From: Paraspadella gotoi
Taxonomy: Eukaryota > Animalia > Chaetognatha
Assembly: GCA_051294375.1 (NCBI GenBank)
Contig: CM119269.1
Coordinates: 1,881,430-1,896,123, forward strand
Direction: 5' to 3'
Length of the DNA stretch: 14,694 bases
Position numbers and translations under genes: made by a program. Below the pieces are notes generated by a model. It was given only the letters and a program-made list of their open reading frames with translations. It was not told the DNA's origin and did no database searches. Shown in pieces: positions 10,439-14,694 of the stretch; position 1 is the stretch's first letter; the number at the start of each line of letters is the position of its first letter.

Positions 10439-10463
10439 ATATTATATTATTATTATATTATTA

Positions 10464-10494
<31 letters not shown>

Positions 10495-10525
10495 TTATTA
10501 TTATTTATTATTTTTATTATTATTA
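10439..10525. repeat. (ATT)n microsatellite
   Basis: Direct reading. Confidence 0.95.
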
Positions 10526-10567
10526 ATAGATTCTATTCCGCCTCAAATAACAACCCCTGATCCTCAG

Positions 10568-10795
10568 ATCCGCGCGCCCTCTTTCTCCTCGCCGTCACAC
10601 ACGCTGCCGGAACGGCCTTTCCGCGCAGCTGCCACGCCCCTTGCCGCCGCGCCTCAAACGCCCTAGATCGACTTCCGTTCCGATTGGCCGCGTCGTCCCG
10701 GCAGCTGCGTTTGCGCGACGAGGGTCGGCATGGCGGCGAGGGAGGCGTGCGTGAGAATCGCCGGATAATTGCGGATGAGTTGTTTCGGAGCGGAG
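10568..10795 (+). CDS. Internal exon of the plus-strand gene
   Basis: ccctgat..tcctcag| acceptor at 10567 and gag|gtgcga donor at 10796. 228 nt, open phase 1->1: (D)PRALFLLAVTHAAG...RENRRIIADELFRSG. Confidence 0.7.
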
Positions 10796-10799
10796 GTGC

Positions 10800-10895
10800 G
10801 AGAGAGATAAAGAGAGAGAGGAGAGAGAGAGAGGAGATGGAAGGAGGAGATGAGAGAGATTGAGAGAGAGACGAGAGATGAGGAGAGAGAGAGAG
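10800..10895 (+). repeat. Degenerate (GA)n microsatellite
   Basis: Direct reading. Confidence 0.95.
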
Positions 10896-11266
10896 AATTA
10901 TATACAAAAAGTTTTTGTTTGTGCCTCTGTATGACTGAGTGTCAATTGCGATTGTTGACTGTCTCATAAGTATTTTCTCTTAACTTTAGGATAAAAAAGT
11001 GTATATTCAACAAAATATATAATATATAATGGAAATACAGTCGTGGAAACTACATAAAGGTGTTATTAGTATAAATCGTTAAAAAAAATTGTCAGAAAAA
11101 AATATCGATGATTTTTTTACACGTAGTTTTTTTTTAGTAACTCGTGGATAAGATAATTTTTCGAAATATGGATGCATAAACGGAGAATTCGAAAATCCAT
11201 ATCGGGATAATGATCGACATTATCAATTAGTCAGGGGAAAAAAAATCAGTTTCTGAGCGTCAACAG

Positions 11267-11324
11267 CATTATGGTTTTATGCGCTCATCTTCCGGGAAAT
11301 AAAACTCGGTTTTATTATCGCAAA
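11267..11324 (+). CDS. Small internal exon of the plus-strand gene
   Basis: caacag| acceptor and aaa|gttcgt donor. 58 nt, phase 1->2, (A)LWFYALIFREIKLGFIIA, in frame with the preceding exon. Confidence 0.55.
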
Positions 11325-11563
11325 GTTCGTTGGGGAAAAAAATTTCTCAGTTGTGCAAAAGAAGAAAACTCACGTTGAAGGCTTCTGGAGTTTTTCGCGG
11401 TTGTGTATTGTTCCCGTAAGAAAACGGTTTAGATTACTTACTAAAAATTTCAAAAACTATTCCAAACACTTTTTTAAATTAAAATAAGAGAAAAAACTCT
11501 TGAAAAGTTAGTATTAAACTATTAAACTAATCAGTGAACGATATATTTTTTTAATCATTTATT

Positions 11564-12176
11564 TCAACGCAAAAATATAAAAAAAGATGAAAAAATCGCT
11601 GTCGATGTCGCTTCCGTCAAAACGTCATAACCCATCAAGAGTTTCCTGATGGCGTCATTGGCCCCGATTTTGTCCAGTTTCCACGTCAAGGCGTGAAAAT
11701 CGCGCTCTCGACTTCTGCCTCTGAGTTGCGCGACGACCGCCGCTCCATGGCCGCGCAGCCGCCGCAGCAGCGGCGCGATTATTTCGGCGTCGGCGGTAGC
11801 GAGGCGGCCGCCCGATGTCGACGCCCACCGCGCCGATTCCGAATCCGGCGCGCGCCGACTCTTGCTATGATGCCTTTGGATTGTATCCTTTTTCTCGCAT
11901 CTGGTTCCGAGAGCGGATCCGAAGGAACGCCGGTTCTCGCGAGGGCGGCGCCATTCATCGAACCGCCGCTTTTTTATGGTCACCGTGCGTCTGAGAGTCT
12001 GACGCCGCGTCGTTCGTCGCTCTTTCTGGGCGTTGCTCTTTCGGAGAGTCATGGCGCGAGGAAGCTTGGCGCCGACGACTGCCGCCGAGACCGCGCCGGT
12101 TTTTGACCGGAAACGGACGGCGTCGTCGTCGTCGCTTTCAGTCTCGCTGACGATACGCTCCAGAGCGCCGAGATTC
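11564..12176 (-). CDS. Last exon of the minus-strand conserved uncharacterised (EF-hand-like) protein gene
   Basis: Acceptor ggttcag| at 12177. Reads (G)ISAL/LERIVSETESDDDD ... EVES/(A)DFHALTWKLDKIGANDAIRKLLMG. The stop is 11564 as assembled, or TGA at 11627-11625 if one base is missing. Confidence 0.75.
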
Positions 12177-12574
12177 CTGAACCAGAATCTCATATTCGTT
12201 TCCATTTTACTTATTTTTTTTTTCTCCACGAGGATCAAAGATCTTTTTCCCTTCCACAGTGATGTTTTTCCTTTCTCTTTGCCTACAACAACCATTACAA
12301 TCTCTCCCCCCCCTGGCCGTAAAAAATGATAAGCGTTCGGAACACTTAGGAAATTTTACCGGTTTACAAAAAAAGTGAAATATTTTTTTTACTTGGAAAC
12401 GAAATCCTTTTAGCAATTTACCGCTTCGTCATTTCAAGCGTAACTTTAAAAATATTTTTATTCAATTTAAAAAAAGTTATTATTTTAAAATGAATATTTT
12501 GTATTTTAGTAAAGCGCACTTTTTCTACATCGACCTAATAAAGAGGGGTCTATTATTTTTAAGATAATCGATAG

Positions 12575-12689
12575 AATCGATTCTCATCGAATTCTACGCC
12601 AGGGCGCTCGATTCGAGAACCAATTCCGGAAAACTCATCACGACCGCATTAGCGCCACCACCGAACCGCAATCCACTCTAACGAAATAA
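12575..12689 (+). CDS. Candidate terminal exon of the plus-strand gene, lying in an intron of the minus-strand gene
   Basis: cgatag| acceptor at 12574. The phase-2 join from 11324 gives (K)IDSHRILRQGARFENQFRKTHHDRISATTEPQSTLTK* (TAA 12687-12689). AATAAA at 12715-12720. It is a GC-richer island in an AT-rich intron. Confidence 0.45.
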
Positions 12690-12813
12690 ACTGTTTCTTC
12701 TTCTCAAATCAAGAAATAAAAAAATAAAAAAACTTTTTCGGCTTTTTTATAAACTCTGCCCCCCCCCCCACTCCCCCTCCCCGCTCCCCTTCTGCTCTTA
12801 ATTTTCTTTTCAC

Positions 12814-13092
12814 CGCCGAAAAGAGGAAGTCAATGGACGTCGTGTCGTCCGGGTTTTCGCTCCCGGCTGTCCTTTTTCTGCTTGCCGCTGCCTGCCGCCG
12901 CCGCCGCCGCGCGCCCCACCGCCGCTTGTTGTATGGCGGTCGCTATTGCTTGTCGTTGTTATTAGGTTATATGACTGAACGATTTGTTGTTCTTCCTTTC
13001 GTCGCTTGTTCCTCGTTTTCGATGCGAGGACTGGGAAGCGAGTAGCGGTGGAGGCGGCTGCGGCTGCGGCGTCGGAAGCGGCGGGGAGCGGT
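12814..13092 (-). CDS. Internal exon of the minus-strand gene; low-complexity, frameshifted; 5' boundary approximate
   Basis: Ala/Gly-rich reading (AASDAAAAAASTAT...GGGARGGGGG) ending in SENPDDTTSIDFL-F. Donor gcg|gtgaaa at 12813. Confidence 0.6.
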
Positions 13093-13310
13093 CTGGCGTT
13101 CTTCTCAGTCGATAAAAAAAAAGCCAATTCGAAATGCAAGCAAATATTTTTTTTTTTTTTTCAGACGAAACAGACAAAGTTATAAAGATATCGGCGATAG
13201 ATAAATCTATTATATGCGATATTGAAAATTCGATAATTTTGTTTCGTACTTCAAAAAAAAAAAAAGCCTATCTATTTTCATATCCGGAAACATAAGCGTA
13301 TAGTGACTAC

Positions 13311-13498
13311 CCGACAAGCTTCCAGCCTTCCCACTTTCCCTCGTTTTATTCCTACGCGGCCGTCGTTGTTGTTGTCGTTGTTGTTATCATGCGCGTCTTC
13401 GTCCTCAGTTGAACCAATCCAGACTGAGACGACCCCTCCTCACGAAGCAACGCAACTGACTGCACGTCCTTCGAGGGCAGTGTGAAGTTCACCGCGCG
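13311..13498 (-). CDS. Internal exon of the minus-strand gene; frameshifted; 3' boundary approximate
   Basis: Acceptor gccctcag| at 13499. Pieces GELHTAL/KDVQSVALLREE/..TEDEDAHDNNNDNNNDGRVGIKRGK. Candidate donor gg|gtagtc at 13310. Confidence 0.6.
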
Positions 13499-13983
13499 CT
13501 GAGGGCAACGGTCGAGGGGTTTTATCCTTTATTTGTGTACTTAAATTAAATAAGTTAATAAAAAAATAGGGGCAGAAAGTAATTTTTAACCTTTGTTTGT
13601 ATAGATGCTTCTTGAAGACAATATTATATTATTGTATAAATAGAATATTAACTAAATACTTGTAAATTTTTAATATTATCTTTAAAATTTAGTCCAATTA
13701 TAGTGAAACAAGTAAACTCAGCGATTTTTCATGAATAACATTCATACATTGTTCTTTTATCATTATTAAGGGATATATTTCATACATTTATTTACTCAAT
13801 TGTTCGTCCATTAATGCATTCATTCATTTGTTCTTATTAATCTTTTTATTCTTTGTTTGATCTGCATTAAACTAATGAGACTTATAGTATTTAGCATTAG
13901 TATTAGTATTAGTAATAGAACTCTTTCTCGTTGACAAAGTCGTTCGCTTCGAATTCCGATCAATAAATTTACACTGGAAAAAA

Positions 13984-14055
13984 GTCTCTCATCATCTCTC
14001 TTTCTCTCTCTGCTTTCGTGTCTTTCTCTCTCTCTCTCTCTCTCTCTGTCTTGCT

Positions 14056-14111
<56 letters not shown>

Positions 14112-14162
14112 TTCTCTCTCTGTTTTTTCTCTCTCTTTCTCTTTATTTCTTTCTTTCTCTCT
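13984..14162 (+). repeat. (CT)n microsatellite, i.e. (GA)n in the sense of the minus-strand gene
   Basis: Direct reading. Confidence 0.97.
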
Positions 14163-14168
14163 ACTCAC

Positions 14169-14318
14169 TGCAGCCACTCTCTCCTCTTGGCAGCGGCGTG
14201 ACTGTGAAAGACCCGCTTGTAGAGCATCAAGCGACGCGAGCTGATGACGCAGTGACGCGAAAGATATTGGCGCGGGGTCATCCACGCTAGTTGACGCAGA
14301 TCCATCGGGAGTTCGAAC
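14169..14318 (-). CDS. Internal exon of the minus-strand conserved uncharacterised protein gene
   Basis: cccttcag| acceptor at 14319 and perfect ca|GTGAGT donor at 14168. 150 nt, phase 2->2, (R)FELPMDLRQLAWMTPRQYLSRHCVISSRRLMLYKRVFHSHAAAKRREWL. Confidence 0.9.
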
Positions 14319-14454
14319 CTGAAGGGTTGACATCGGAGTTCGTGATTTTCGTTAGTTTGTTCGTTCGTTAAATTTACACTTCTACATTTACATTTACATT
14401 AGATGTTTGTCCTAATCAACTTCATTAATCGTCATTCGCCATCTACGTAGTTTC

Positions 14455-14528
14455 TCCATCCGTCCGTCTGTCCGTCCGTTTTGTTCGTATCTCCGTCCGT
14501 CCGTCCGTCAGTACATCCGTCCGTCCGA
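14455..14528. repeat. (CCGT)n tetranucleotide repeat in an intron
   Basis: ccgtccgtctgtccgtccgt...ccgtccgtccgtccgtc...ccgtccgtccg. Confidence 0.85.
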
Positions 14529-14550
14529 CGTTCACTTTAACCGCCGTCAC

Positions 14551-14645
14551 CTGCACGCCTGCTGCGACAGACCTAGGCTCGTCTTCAACCAACCGTGATC
14601 GAGGAAAGAAAGTTTGGATTTCGCCTGAGGAGATTCGTCTATCGC
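14551..14645 (-). CDS. Internal exon of the minus-strand gene; the gene continues beyond the window end
   Basis: ctctaatcag| acceptor at 14646 and cag|gtgacg donor at 14550. 95 nt, AIDESPQAKSKLSFLDHGWLKTSLGLSQQAC plus 2 nt, joining the next exon in frame. Confidence 0.85.
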
Positions 14646-14694
14646 CTGATTAGAGCGGAGGGGGGGCGGTGAAGGGAGGTAGGGGAGGTGGGGA

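Noticed and set aside
11625-11790. Death-domain-like resemblance of LLRRLRG...LDKIGANDAIRKLL
   Set aside because: It is better explained as the ADF..L.WKL C-terminal motif colinear with the upstream FELPMD exons.
11693-12329. Plus-strand ORFs of 137 and 98 aa
   Set aside because: They are antisense to the GC-rich terminal exon of the minus gene and have no motif support.
14309-14320. Pol III B-box-like GAGTTCGAACC
   Set aside because: It coincides with the minus-strand acceptor and the codons for RFE. No convincing A box or cloverleaf is nearby.
7586-14333. ORFs rich in ERERER/SLSLSL (7586-7963, 7692-7910, 9714-9920, 10533-10967, 13992-14333, 14018-14290)
   Set aside because: They are translations of (GA)n/(CT)n microsatellites, partly overlapping real exons in other frames or strands.
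14551-14610. FERM (talin/kindlin)-like 'LDHGWL..SL.L.QQ' motif
   Set aside because: The in-frame splice to FELPMD... continues into a non-FERM sequence, so the similarity is coincidental.

Overview
AT-rich invertebrate-type (metazoan) genomic DNA with GT-AG introns, long (GA)n/(CT)n and (AAT)n microsatellites and a 25-N gap at 328-352. It is not prokaryotic, and most ORFs in the supplied track are artefacts. Manual reading supports three spliced genes. (1) A minus-strand DEG/ENaC (amiloride-sensitive Na+ channel family) gene at about 6612->4051, recognised from its pre-TM1 'TSIH(G)' region and TM2 'IGTIGGHMG(L)FMGIS' motif, but broken by many 1-nt frameshifts. (2) A plus-strand multi-exon gene of uncertain identity (about 7700 or earlier to 12689, possibly starting near 2333). 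(3) The 3' part of a minus-strand gene (14645->about 11600) resembling a conserved uncharacterised EF-hand-like animal family (FELPMD..TP..YL...C..SSRR..LYKR.F ... ADF..L.WKL). Genes 2 and 3 appear interleaved at their 3' ends, and gene 1 may be nested in an intron of gene 2. Also present are a tRNA-derived SINE-like element, a Helentron/HINE-like element and a noisy duplicate of 13675-14000 at 1-327. The duplicate suggests unpolished long-read gap filling, which would also explain the frameshifts. All family calls are from motif recall, not database searches.
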